From positions 69,442,001-69,506,000 of the forward strand of contig NC_087437.1 of NCBI RefSeq assembly GCF_036321535.1: DNA of 64,000 nucleotides, given 5' to 3'. Under the pieces are notes generated by a model. That model was not told where the DNA came from and made no database searches. It worked only from the letters and a program-made list of their open reading frames with translations. Below, one piece after another: positions 38,969 to 51,068 of the stretch (position 1 is its first letter; every line of letters starts with the position of its first letter). Source of the DNA: Camelus dromedarius. Its lineage: Eukaryota. The translations under genes and the position numbers were made by a program.

Positions 38969-41629
38969 AAGAATGATTCTGGTCTATAGTATATTCTTAA
39001 CAGCTTTTCATCTGACATTGAGAAGGGATGGTATAGCTAGCTATAAGGTCTTTTGGGGAGATTTTGGCACCAACCACTGGAGAGGTAGGTTGAAGAGGTT
39101 TAGTATTATAGAGTAACACTAGAGAGTTAATTGTGTTTTACCATTTTTAGGGAAATTTGCAGTAGTTCCCTTGTGGGTGGTCTGCCAAGAACTGTAAGAA
39201 ACATTTTCTACAGTATCTTTGTCTTATGCAACCTGGGTGTCAGACCTTCTATGCTATTTAAAAATGAAGGGTTTTTAGCCAAAAATATTGTTATAGAAGG
39301 GGTTAATAGTTTATGTAAGATTGTTAATCTCTTCTAATCTTCCTTGTAAAATAATATGAGATTTTCTACGTGATGGGCAAAGACTAGGTGAGCTGTGTGG
39401 AAGAACGAAAAATGCAGGCCTGGTTTGCTCTTCTTGTTGGCTTGTTGAGTTTGTTTGTTTTTTTTTTTTTAACATTGCCTCAGGCAGATTTGCATCTAAC
39501 ATTAGCCTCCCAGAAACACACTTTACTATACAATGGAGAATGTTCTCCACTTATTTGTTGCTTGAGGCTAACAGGCTGAGCCATTTTGCATGGAATATGT
39601 ACCTTTTGATCTTGCTTTATTTTTCTCTTGCCATTTTGTTGCTGCTAAAAGCTTCTGATTAGGAGAAATTTGTAAGTGGAAACTGCCAAAGGGTTTGAAA
39701 TGATGAGATTGGACTCACTGGCCAGTGCTCACACTGAGTTCTGTGGGGGCCACAGAGGCCCTGATTAGTTCTCAGTGACTAAGACAGAGATCAGCTTAGG
39801 CTTACTGAGGGGAAATATCTACTTACTGAGCAATGCGTTCTTTGCCGGCTTGTGCCCTGATTCTGGCCTTTAATGGCAGATTTTCTTAAGTTCCTAAGTT
39901 ACCATCAATCACAGTATCTGTGATTCAGGTGTTGAAATTACCTTTATTGTTAGATTTTATTTATCAAATACCCACAGGATTTTCATGCACTCAAATCATT
40001 TCTGCACTAGTATACTTAGAACAGAGAAATTTGGGACTGTGACTTCCTTAATTTTGTTGTCTAGCAGAGGTATAGTTTTAATGTGAAGCATCATGTGACA
40101 CGGCACTAGGTTTTACCCAGACAGGAGAATGTTCATAAAGATTAAGGGACTCGCAGTGCATTAGAGCAAAAGGGAAGGACATAGAAGTAAGCTGTTTCCT
40201 CAGATTGATTCATGTTCTCAGTGCAAATACTGTGGCAAAAAGATGTAACGAGAGGAAGTGACACAGAAAATATGAACAAAAATAAATGATTTATACCATG
40301 CGTATGAGATGACTGCATTCTAGTCTCAAGACAGAATGAATACAGTGATTAGGACAGTAAAGAGACTAGCTACCCCGCTTCTGAAGAAGGCCATCCATGC
40401 CACCATTCCCGCAGTTTGAATATAAGACCGTATCTGGATGAGTTGTATCAGTTACCTCCTTTAGTAGAGCTCTTTTGGAAAACACTGTGATTGAGGGTAA
40501 GAGAATAGCAGTGTTAGGATATCTGTCCTTATTGGACAAGAAAGGGCAAGATATAAGAAGCAGTAATACACTACTACTCATTTGACTGAGACGAGCTCAG
40601 TTCTAAATCATTTAAAATTTTCTATTAATGCTTATCCTTATCTTGTTCTGTATTTTTGGAAAGTTTTGCTCGATCCTGATTGCTGATTTGGACACTGACA
40701 TTCAGAAGGAGGATATTCTATCTTGTCATTATCAGAGAAAAGAAATGTGGGACAAAATTTATCAATATTAAAGAGTGAACATAATTTTAGCTGAATAACT
40801 ACAGTGCTGCCTATTGACTGGAAGACTCTAGAATGTCTATCAGTGGCCTCCCACACAATAAAGGATCAGTGAAGAAAATCCCACTCAATGTACCTCTTTA
40901 TCACCTTTCCTGCTTGTCTGCTTGGTCATATTGTTATCTTGAAGGAAACAAAAAATTTGCTAACTTCACAGTATAGTATAGTGAGGATAGAAAAATTTGT
41001 TTAAGTTTTGTGACATCAAATTAACCTATTTCACCAGAAATAAACAGTGAGAATACTGGTTATGATTCAGTCACAGATCCTCTATCAACTCATAGAGATT
41101 AGGTTATGTTGTTGAAGGTGGTTGGTCCTCAGTGAAGTATCTGAGTATAGATTTAAAATGTTCATTTACATCCTTAACTGTGAACATTAGGGCAAGACAC
41201 ACCAGCAAAATAATATCAAGTTTCATATTCAAATCACTGGACAAGAGGAGGGGCACTTATATTTGGAAACATTCTATGTTTTTGCTATGCGGGACATTTT
41301 CAGAAATTATTCGAATTACAAAGTTTCCACTATATAATTTATTTATTTTAAGAATTTTATATTTACACATTTATTATAGTGTATCATAGATGTATCATTG
41401 AAAAGATATTATCATCTCTTCCAGGCAAAAAAAGGCAAAGAAAATAGTAGTGGCAAATGAAGGGAAATAAGATGACTGATTTAGAAAAGACAAAAGGGCA
41501 TTGTCCTGCCTCATTTTTCCTTTTTCAAAACCGTTGGAAATAGTAGGATTCTTCCATGTTCTAGACTGTATTAGGAAGAAGACATCTCTAAGAATGTGAA
41601 ATGAGAGGAGAAAGATTCTTGGTATATTC

Positions 41630-42750
41630 TTTCATCCATCAAATGATTATTGAGAGATTTTATGTGTCAGGTACTTCTTCTAGCAATAGAAATGAAAAGA
41701 TTGAGAAGACGTGATCTGGTTTCACTCTTAAAATCGTGGTAAGAGGCAGAAAAACAAAGAATTAAAATACTAACACAAGCAGGCCAGTAACTAGGGAAAT
41801 TGGAGAACGCTTCACAAGGGAGGGTACATCTGAGATGGATTTTGTATAGTAAGTATGAGCTTGCCAAATGAAAAGGTCACAAAAATACTTTGGATAAAAG
41901 GAAAACAGAGCTAGGAGGAATGAGATTGGAGTCTGAAAAGAGAATAAGATTCATGGCAGGGAGGGAGTTTAATGTTAAGGTAGAAAGGTAGGCTGAGCTG
42001 ACTTACACTAATCTATGTGAACTTTTATGAGTAAAAAGACAAAGTGCATTTACACATGATCCACTTTATGTATGTTCTGTTCTGCATGAAGAATGAACAG
42101 TATAGTTGTAGGCAAGAGATGCAAACCTGGAGACTAGACCATTAGTTGGAAGTGATACTGACAATGGATGAGAAGGCCCTGGACAATAGTAGTGGCAGGA
42201 GGGATGGAGAGTACAGGCCAGTCTAAGGGGGAAAAATGTAAAAATAACATTTGATTACACAAATGACATGAAGGAGAAGAAGAAAACAAGGATACTCTGT
42301 GGTTACTGACTACGTAATCATAGATGGATTGTGATTCTGTTCACTAAAATTGGGAAATTCGGAAGGAAGACAAAAGTATGATAGGAGATAATGAGTCTTA
42401 ATTCAAAATATGCTGAATTCGAGGTACCTTCCAGTATCTATGGGGAGCAGCTGAGTAGGCTATTTTAAAATTCAATCTGATGAAGTGTAATTAAAGCCAA
42501 AAAAAAAAAAAAAAGATGAAATGTATGAAAACGACTCCATGAAGCCAGAAAAGAAGAAAAATATAATCCTGGAGAACAACAGTATATGAAAGGTGAGCAA
42601 AGAAAGAGGGGCTGATTATGCAAATTAAGAAATAATAGGAGATTTAGGAGGAGAGACAGGTAAATAGACAGTGACTAGTGCTAAAAAGCTATGATGAGAT
42701 TAAGTAGGACAAATATTTGAAATAAATTCATTGGATTTTGCAATTAGTGG
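41630..42750 (-). mobile_element. L2 LINE, about 1.1 kb of the 3' region
   Basis: 'tcaaatgattattgagag...tatgtgtcaggtact', 'atatgctgaattcgaggtacc', 'cattggattttgcaattag'. Confidence 0.75.
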
Positions 42751-42827
42751 ATTAACAGCATCATTCTAAGAGATGAAGGTGATGTGTCCATAAAGGAGAG
42801 TGGATATTAATCAACCTAATGCTGACT

Positions 42828-42880
42828 ATTAATATCAACATTATGATTAAATATCAACATAATTAATATCAACATTATGT
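42828..42880. repeat. Degenerate AT-rich minisatellite
   Basis: About three copies of ATTAATATCAACAT(TATG). Confidence 0.75.
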
Positions 42881-44941
42881 TAACTAGTAATTAGTCAACA
42901 TACTTCTTGCTGCTATTCAGGTCAGGTTCCTGAGCACGTATAGAGATTTCAGCACAGTTCCTGGTGCCATGTCAAAAGTTTTTGATCATAAATGGTGATA
43001 AGTAATATAGAAGAAATAAAGGAACAATTTCAAAATAATGCTTTATTGGATTTAGCTCTTTTCCTTTCTCTGCCTGTCTTTTCATTTAACAGCCATCTTT
43101 TGAGAGTCACTATGAGAGAAGATGCCTCTTCTGTAATACAATCTCAAAACTAGAGTGCCCCAGGGCAGAGATAATGGGAAAAGGGAATACTGATGCTCTC
43201 AGGCTAGAGAGATGGTGTTTCTGAATCATGAGGATCTTCCTAGAACTCAGAACGTGACCTTCACCTTGAAGCATCTGTGGCTCCCTCTTTAACTCAGGCT
43301 GGCTGGGGAATTTCAGAGTTAAGTGACACAGTGGATTTAGTAGCACAGAAGGTGATGGTCTTTGACTTTTTCTCTCCCCCAAGTCCAGACACTGGTTACT
43401 TCTACTCACCTCTGCCGCCCTCCGAGGGTCAGTGCCTTATTAGGCTGGGGCTTGTAGCTGCAGGCTTCATTCTCTGGTTTGAGTCGGCTGAGTTCCGTAC
43501 AAGAGCTCTCCCCGGTGGGCTTGCATCTCAAGCTCATCAGTTCTTGCCTTTGTGCCCAATCCCTCAGTAACTTCCAAAGCTCTTTTTCATCACCGAATTC
43601 CAAGCCCCATTCATGTCCCAGTTTCTGAGCTGTTCGAGAGAGACAGACCTTCAAGGAAGGGTTTAGATGATGGGGAAAAGTGAGGCGTAGAGAAAGAAGA
43701 AAAACCACAAAAATAGTTTGTCACACAAGGGTGAAGTCCTCCTCACACCACTGTCCTTTGGAAGAAAGTGCTGGGGACAAAAATAATTCTGGAGACAGGA
43801 AACATAGAGTTGAGATGGGGTGGAAAGTGTGTGATGGAAAAACAAACATGAAAGTCAGAAAAATCCCCGTGATTATAATTCTCCATGTAAGAACTGTCCT
43901 TATGATTTATAAGCATTCATCAGTAATCTGTATCGGCTTCTTGTCAGCTGGGGGAGGGGACCACTGCATTTCTTTTGCCTGAGATGGATCTATTTGATAA
44001 CTTTGCTCCTTCAATTTACAGCTGCTAAAGTTCCCTATTTCACATGTGAATCCACAAAGTACAACTTTAAAAAATGGAGACTTCTTTCCTTCTTTGTATC
44101 TATCTGACTTTGTTTCTTTTATGTCTACCTCTACGAGTAAAGGCAACATGGACAGCAGAGCCCTTTTCTATGGTAGCCCTGACAGACAGTGTCATTATCT
44201 GTTTATTTATTTACATGCTTACTCACTATATGTTAAATCCCAGATATCATGCATGCTGTATCTATTAATGGTCATATCTTGGTATAAATTTGATCTGAAT
44301 TATATCTAAATGCATGTGATGAGTCATATTATAAGATGGTCCTGCTCCAGTGATAACATTTACATAATGCTGTGTATGATAAGACTGTGAAGTAAGGGGC
44401 TGGGTTTTCAAGTGAGACTTGTGGAGAATAGTCTGCTGACTATAGCCATGCCTCATACACCAGAATGCTCATCCTAAGTGAATTATAATTTATTGTAAGC
44501 ACTTTTATTTATCCTTACTGCTGGAATGAGATAAAGAGTAAACCCTTCCTGGTACAAAGCGGATTGTTTTCTTTGGAGAACTTACATTTTCTTTTTTTTT
44601 TTTTTTTTTTTTGATATTTACTTTGCAATGACTCAGAAGGTAACAGCATTTTCTTTAAATAGCTATGAAATTGTTTCTAATTGCATAGTGAATGAAATTT
44701 TTAACTAGAAATCTAAGCCAGGATTCTAAGACTAATTTTACTCTTTCAGAGGTACAACTAAAGGCAGTTTTGTTTTTCCTTCTAAATGAGAGAAATTTTT
44801 CACAGAGAATAGAGACTCAGAGCAAGAATCAAAACAAAAACCAGCTTTAAAATTGCTTCTCATCCACATTCAAACAAGGGAGGAGGAAAAGAGGAGAATC
44901 CATAGTTCAAAGGCAAGTAAAGGGTTATAGATTCTTGCTAC

Positions 44942-44973
<32 letters not shown>

Positions 44974-45589
44974 TGCTGCTTCAGTGAGAATATAATTACC
45001 ATTCAGGCTCTGAGAAGGAGAAGGAATGAGCCTTGTTCTTGCAACTGAGGGTCCACAAAGCATAGAGTATGCCTCATCTAACCTAGGAGGAGCCCCAGTT
45101 CTGCCAAGCGTATCTCAGAAGATCACAAAGAACACAATGGGCCCACTGTTGTCCTCTATCCAGGGTACCCTGAGGAGATAAACTTGTGTGGGTTCTGTCT
45201 GACAAACGGTGAGGGACTTAAGGCTTGAGCTCCCTGTGTACACATCTGCCACAGATCCTCTAAACATGTTGCAGAGACGGCATCAGAGCCTCAGTTTACA
45301 CGGCTGCACTATAATCATCTCACATCGTCCTCCTGCTTTCAATTTCATGCTTATGGGCTTTAGAGAACCAACTGTTGCCCAGAGAAGCCAGACATAAGAG
45401 AACTGGGGCCCCTAAAAGGAGGTTTCCCTAGAGATACCTGTTATTAAGCAAAGAATTGAACAAAACAACAATATCTGGAGATTGCTGGATTTAGCTCAAA
45501 AGTGAGATTTCTACAGAATGAATATCCAAGATTCAAATTATAAAAATGATGGGCACAAAAATTTGTTAGGCTCTTCCAAAGCTCACTGG

Positions 45590-45995
45590 GTACTCAATAC
45601 CTTAACCCATTTCATAATCACAATCATATGGGAAGTAATTATTATTCCTGTTTTGCTGAAGAAAAATGCCTGAAGCTCTTCAGTAACAGTGGACACATTT
45701 TAGGTCCAGGAGCTATTCCATATGTTTAAAATTAACCCATTTAAACATTATAATGACCCACTGAATTAGGTACGATTATAGTTTTCATTTTACAGATAAG
45801 AAAACCCAGGCACAGAGAGGTTAAGCAAATGTCCCAAGATCACAGAGTGAGTCTGTGATGGAGCTGCAATGCAGAGCAGGAAACTTGTCCCTCAGCCTGG
45901 ACCTGTAACCACCCTCCATACTGCCTTCCTTGCTAAGTAACCTGCCTAAAGCTACTAAACTCCAGAACTCATGACTTTTCCACCCCAGCAGTGAC
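45590..45995 (-). mobile_element. Near full-length MIR (about 45681-45928) nested inside an older MIR
   Basis: Inner core 'cattttacagataagaaaacccaggcacagagaggttaagcaaatgtcccaagatcacag'; outer MIR resumes at 'taagtaacctgcctaaag'. Confidence 0.75.
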
Positions 45996-46899
45996 AAGAA
46001 AATGAGGAATCTTGAATTATGGTGGGGTTAAGATGATGATTTATTTTCTAATGGGATCAAGACTCTTCAAAAGAACCTAGAAGACCTGTTGCTAACCACT
46101 TATAAATGTTCCTGGGACTGATCTGAACTCCAGCTGTGACTAGGCTAGAAGTCAGTTCTCTCCAGGTCTCAGTCTCAAATTTTCTCTCTCCTTAGAATTT
46201 GCATCTTCCTCTTTTTCATTTTTTAATGTAAATGTAGAGATGACACAGTTGATGTGACAGCAAGAGGAGCACAGACCGTCCTAGAATTGACTGTTGAGAT
46301 GGACTCAGCTCTTAATTAGGAGGTTCTGCTCCTTGTCTTCTTACCCTTCTCCCCACCTGTACCATCTGCATGGAATATGTTTGTGCTTCTTCAAAAATAT
46401 GAACCTGAAAATACAGCAATGCATATATCCTATATGTGCATAGAGGAGAATGCATATATGGGTGGGCAAGGTACTCCCTAGTGAGAGTAAGAAGTGAAAA
46501 ATATGTCTAAGGGAGGACTTTTTGTTGCTCCAGGAATGACACAGACTATCCTGGCTTTACTATTTGCCTTTGTGATTTCTTGTTTTGCTCTTATAGGAGA
46601 TGAATCTTTCTAATAGGTAGTAACCCAACTGCAGAAAGGTTGCTTTGTTAGTATAACACATACAAATAACTAATGCAAAATGAGAATTTAAAGAACTACA
46701 TGACTGATCTGAGAGTTGGGTAATAATACATATTTAATGGCTATCATCACATCCTATAAAGAGATCAAATTTTTGAATGATTTAGATAAGTCATTATTTT
46801 CCTTATAGTTGTCCCTGCATATGACTGTTTCCTTTTTATTTACCATACTCTACCATGAGAGACTATGAATATAAGCATAGATATTGTTTTATATCATAT

Positions 46900-47075
46900 G
46901 AAATGTTTCCATGGACATCACCTCATTTTATTTGTAGAACTACCCTAAGAGCAGTTCTGAGAGGTCGGGGCAAGTATCGTTAGCTTCACTTTACTTATGA
47001 AAACAACTAAGATAGAAAGGCTAAATGACTTGCTTGTTTTCCAATGGGAAATAGACTCAAGGCCAGAACTGAAAT
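46900..47075 (-). mobile_element. MIR SINE
   Basis: 'cactttacttatgaaaacaactaagatagaaaggctaaatgacttgc'. Confidence 0.55.
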
Positions 47076-48599
47076 CAATTATCTTCAGGAACTAAACAGT
47101 GTATGTCTTTTACCCTAACACTCCACTGGCAGTAGGCAGATCCTGAATCATTGTGACCAACAATAGAGTCACATGAACCAGTTTCCTGTGGTTTACTACC
47201 TCTGTGTTCTCACCCTCTCTTGAACATCCATCACTACTGTGTGTGCATATACACATGTGCATGCCGTGTCTTGTACATGCATGTGTACGAAGGACCTAGG
47301 GTAGGGGAGATGATCCTATCATTTAGATGCTGTCATTGTTAATTGGTGTTATTTGGACTAAAATTCAGGATGAATCTAGAAAAATAAACCATCATGAAAC
47401 TAAGATCAGTTTCTAGCTAAAGAAGATCAAGTTTAAGAGAGCAGACACGCACAGGAACAAGAGAATGAAGCCAAGAGAACAGGCAGTGATCAAAGCCAGA
47501 AGTCAAGTCTGGAAAGAAATAGAGATGGGAGCAAGACAGCCAGAAAACTGAAACTTCTTGTTGCAGGCAAGGGAAGCAGGAGTGCCAGATGGGCAGCAGT
47601 GAGTCCCCTCAGTTCTCTTATTTCGAATTGAGTTTAATCTTAGAACATGGAAATAAAGCAGAGATGATCCAAAATATTTAATAATTCAAGATTCTTTGAA
47701 TTTGTGTTTTTAACTAATTTTCTATTTTTAATGTGTTTGCATAAGTGTTTCTAGACTTCATTATACTTAAAATAATGCAATAAAATCAGACTAATGACTT
47801 TTGACTCAAGAGAGTTTGGGATATTTCTGTGATACTTCATTGCATCCTCTGCTTAGAACATTTCCTGATGCCACACTTCAATGCTGGGAATGTACAGCAT
47901 TGATTTGCAGGCCAAGTATCTTTCCTTCTACAGGGAAATGAGTCCATCATAGTTTTGCTGATTCATAAGGGTTTTGTTTGTAGGAGTAAAGTTATAAAGC
48001 AAAAAGCATCCAAATAAAGGGCCAACACGTTCCTAAAGACTTCCTTCTCATCCATATCTTAAATCATTCCACATCTTACAAAAGAGAGAATCGTAAATGT
48101 GAAAAAGTAATAAAAGTTAATTTTTAGAAATAGCTTTCCTATGAATAAAGGCTAATAATTTCCTTAAAAAAATCAAATTTACCCCAACTGTGTTGATTCT
48201 CCCTTACCTGTCCTAAGTATCACTGACCCATTTTTATACAGGGGGAAAAACTAAAACACTGAGGTTAAATTATTTCTCCAGCATTAATTTAGGAAGTAAC
48301 TAAGTGACAGCTTTCTCATGTACTATCAACAATGTACAAGATTATATTGTTGTATAATTATGATCCTAAAATACAACAGCAAAGGGGCATGATTCATTAA
48401 CTGCTAACTTATATCCAGAGTATCACTAGTCTTTATTGTAGTGTCTCTGGCATGAGCTTGACTTATAATTCAGGGACTTTGCTAGTGGCAGTTAAGAGCT
48501 TATAAAGTAAGAAGCATATGCTTATGAAAGAACACCATTGCACTATAGGCGTTTGACCTATGCTTCCAGATATTTAAACCAAGAGACCGAGGTCTAACT

Positions 48600-48816
48600 C
48601 AGGGTTTTTCCGCTTTGAGCCTGCCGGCATTTTAGATGGGATATGTCTTTGTTCTGCAGTGTCCTTTATGTTGTGGGGTATTTAGCAGCATCCTTGGCTT
48701 CTACTTACCAGATGCCAGTAGCAACTTCCCCTTTCCAGTTGTGACAACCAAAAAATGACTCCAAGTATTGCCAAATATCATCTGGAAGCACAAATTTTTC
48801 CCTTTGAGAACTACTC
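48600..48816 (+). mobile_element. MER20 hAT-Charlie MITE with 8-bp TSD
   Basis: 'tttagcagcatccttggcttctacttaccagatgccagtagc...cagttgtgacaaccaaaaa'; TSD GTCTAACT (48592-48599) / ATCTAACT (48817-48824). Confidence 0.9.
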
Positions 48817-48847
48817 ATCTAACTAGTCTTTCTCTTTCTAAAAAAAA

Positions 48848-49280
48848 TTTTTTAATTGAAATATAGTTGATTTACAGTGTTGTATTAGTTTCTGGTGTAC
48901 AGCATAGTGATTGAGTCATACATATGTAAACATATTCTTTTTCATATTCTTTTCCATTATAGGTTATTACAAGATATTGAATATAGTTCCCTGTGCTATA
49001 TAGTAGGACCTTGTTGTTTATCTATTTTGTATTTAGTAGTGTGTATCTGCTAATTCCAAACTACTAATTTATCCTTCTTCCCCACTGCCCCCTTTCCCCT
49101 TTGGCAACCTTAAGTTTGTTTCTATGTCTGTGAATCTGTTTCTGTTTTACAAATAAGTTCATTTGTCTCATTTTTTAGATTCCACATATAAGTGATAACA
49201 TGTGATATTAATCTTTCTCTGTCTGACTTACTTCACTTAGCATGGTAATCTCTAGGTCCATCCACGTTGCTGCAAATGGC
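48848..49280 (-). mobile_element. L1 3' end (cetartiodactyl type), about 430 bp
   Basis: 'ttttttaattgaaatatagttgatttaca...gtaggaccttgttgtttatc...tagattccacatataagtgata...ctaggtccatccacgttgctgcaaatggc'. Confidence 0.93.
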
Positions 49281-51030
49281 TGTTCTTTTTTAATTTAAAA
49301 AACAAATCTCTCTTACAAAGTTTCTCTTCCCCCAGGCTTTATAATTTAAAAATGTGAGGATAGATAACCAGTGAGTGATTAAGTAAACTGTATTTATTTG
49401 TTATTAATGAATAAATCCCAGATTATGCTCTTGAGAAGTAGAAAAAAGTTTGAATAAATTCTAATATTGACTTGGCACATTGCTAGCAGCCAGTAATGCT
49501 TGTTAAAAATGAGTTGTATCTAGTAGCAATTGAACAGGCTTAATGGCTGGTAGATGTATATCACTTACATCATGTCTATACTGTCAGTAAATATGCCATT
49601 AAGCAATCTATTGGTACAAACCGAATTTAGCATTTCTTTTCTGCCTCCAATTACATTCATCGTTTTGGAAGCGTAATCCCCAGACTTAATGCAGTGTGAG
49701 TGGAACTGTCAATGTACCTGTTTGTATGAGTGTGCATAATGTACTTGGTATAAGTATTTGCAGAGATCCAATGCTTGAGATTTTTATGGGTGCATTGATT
49801 TTTTGTGACAGTTTTATGGATTCTGACATACTGAACAGGGAAGATAGAAATTTGTTTGCCTGCCTTTCCTGTTATTTTTTTTAAAGCTGATCTTTAAAAA
49901 AATCATAGGTTTATAGTTAAGTAACCCACCTGATATTTGTGGGTCCAAAGTTAAAGTGGACAGCTCACTAAATGTTTGTCTAGTGCTTTATGCTTCTTTT
50001 CACTGTTTTTCATGTGATATGGATTATTTAATTCCCAAGGATGATCTTTATTCGTAGTGGAAACATTGAGCACACTTTTTTCTTTCCTTTGCTTTCATGT
50101 TAATGCCACACTCAATAATTCTCTGTAAATTGTCCCTATTTTTCTGATAATTTTAACTGTTTCTTAAGAACAGTTAAAATAATTATTCATCTATCCTGTA
50201 CCTATTAGATAATTAACAAATATTTGATAATTGATCTAATAGCAGTTTGTTAAATTCAGTTTATTTATTCCACATTTTAGTAGTGCCTACTGTGTGCATG
50301 GTGGATTAATGACATTGGTCCCATTAAGGCCATAGGTGAATTCTCAGAAGGTCACTCTTATTAAGAAATTTATGAGGAGAGATGAGTAAAAATAAGTCTA
50401 ATGCAACGTGGAGTATAATGCATAAGAAGGAGCCAAGTAACAGGGTGAGATACTGATGAGAAGGGATTTCCTGGAGAGATGACACTTTGTATCATATCCC
50501 AATATCCTCAGCTGCCTGACAGAAATCCCACCTAGGGTGGAGGAACATTCTCTGCCCTCTCCTCTTGGCACCAACACCTACTCTCTACCACACAGTCCCC
50601 TTTAAATCCTGGAATGGATTGCACATTTTGAGTTCCTGGAGGAAACATTCTATTAAATCCAAACACCACAAAACACTTACAGATTTTATAAATTAATCTC
50701 TTTACACTTTTCCTGCTTTGGCCAAGGCTGATTTTAAAGATAAAGTCCTTAGGTATTTAGTTGTGAACTGGATCGTCTGGTATTGAAGCAGCATTCTGAC
50801 TGGGGGATAATTCATTACCATATAATGGTGATGTGGCATGAGAGTTCTCATTAACTCCACAGGCCTGACTGATGCACAGTTAAGCCACTTACCTTCCAGA
50901 TGCAAGCTCAAAATACTCACTGGCCAGTCAGTGCCTGCTGGAACCCTGGGTCCGCGTTTAATCAGCATTGCCTCATTTCCCAATAGCTAGGCCTCCTGTA
51001 TGACTGGTTATTTTCACATAACAAACAAAA

Positions 51031-51068
51031 AGTTCTACAAACTGAGACTACAAACTGAGTTCTACAAA
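51031..51068. repeat. Short tandem repeat, period 13-14
   Basis: CTACAAACTGAG at 51035-51046 and 51048-51059, plus a partial third copy. Confidence 0.8.

Noticed and set aside
43405..43432. Possible CTCF site (reverse strand CCCTCGGAGGGCGGC)
   Set aside because: Several mismatches at core positions; cannot be supported without a matrix scan or ChIP data
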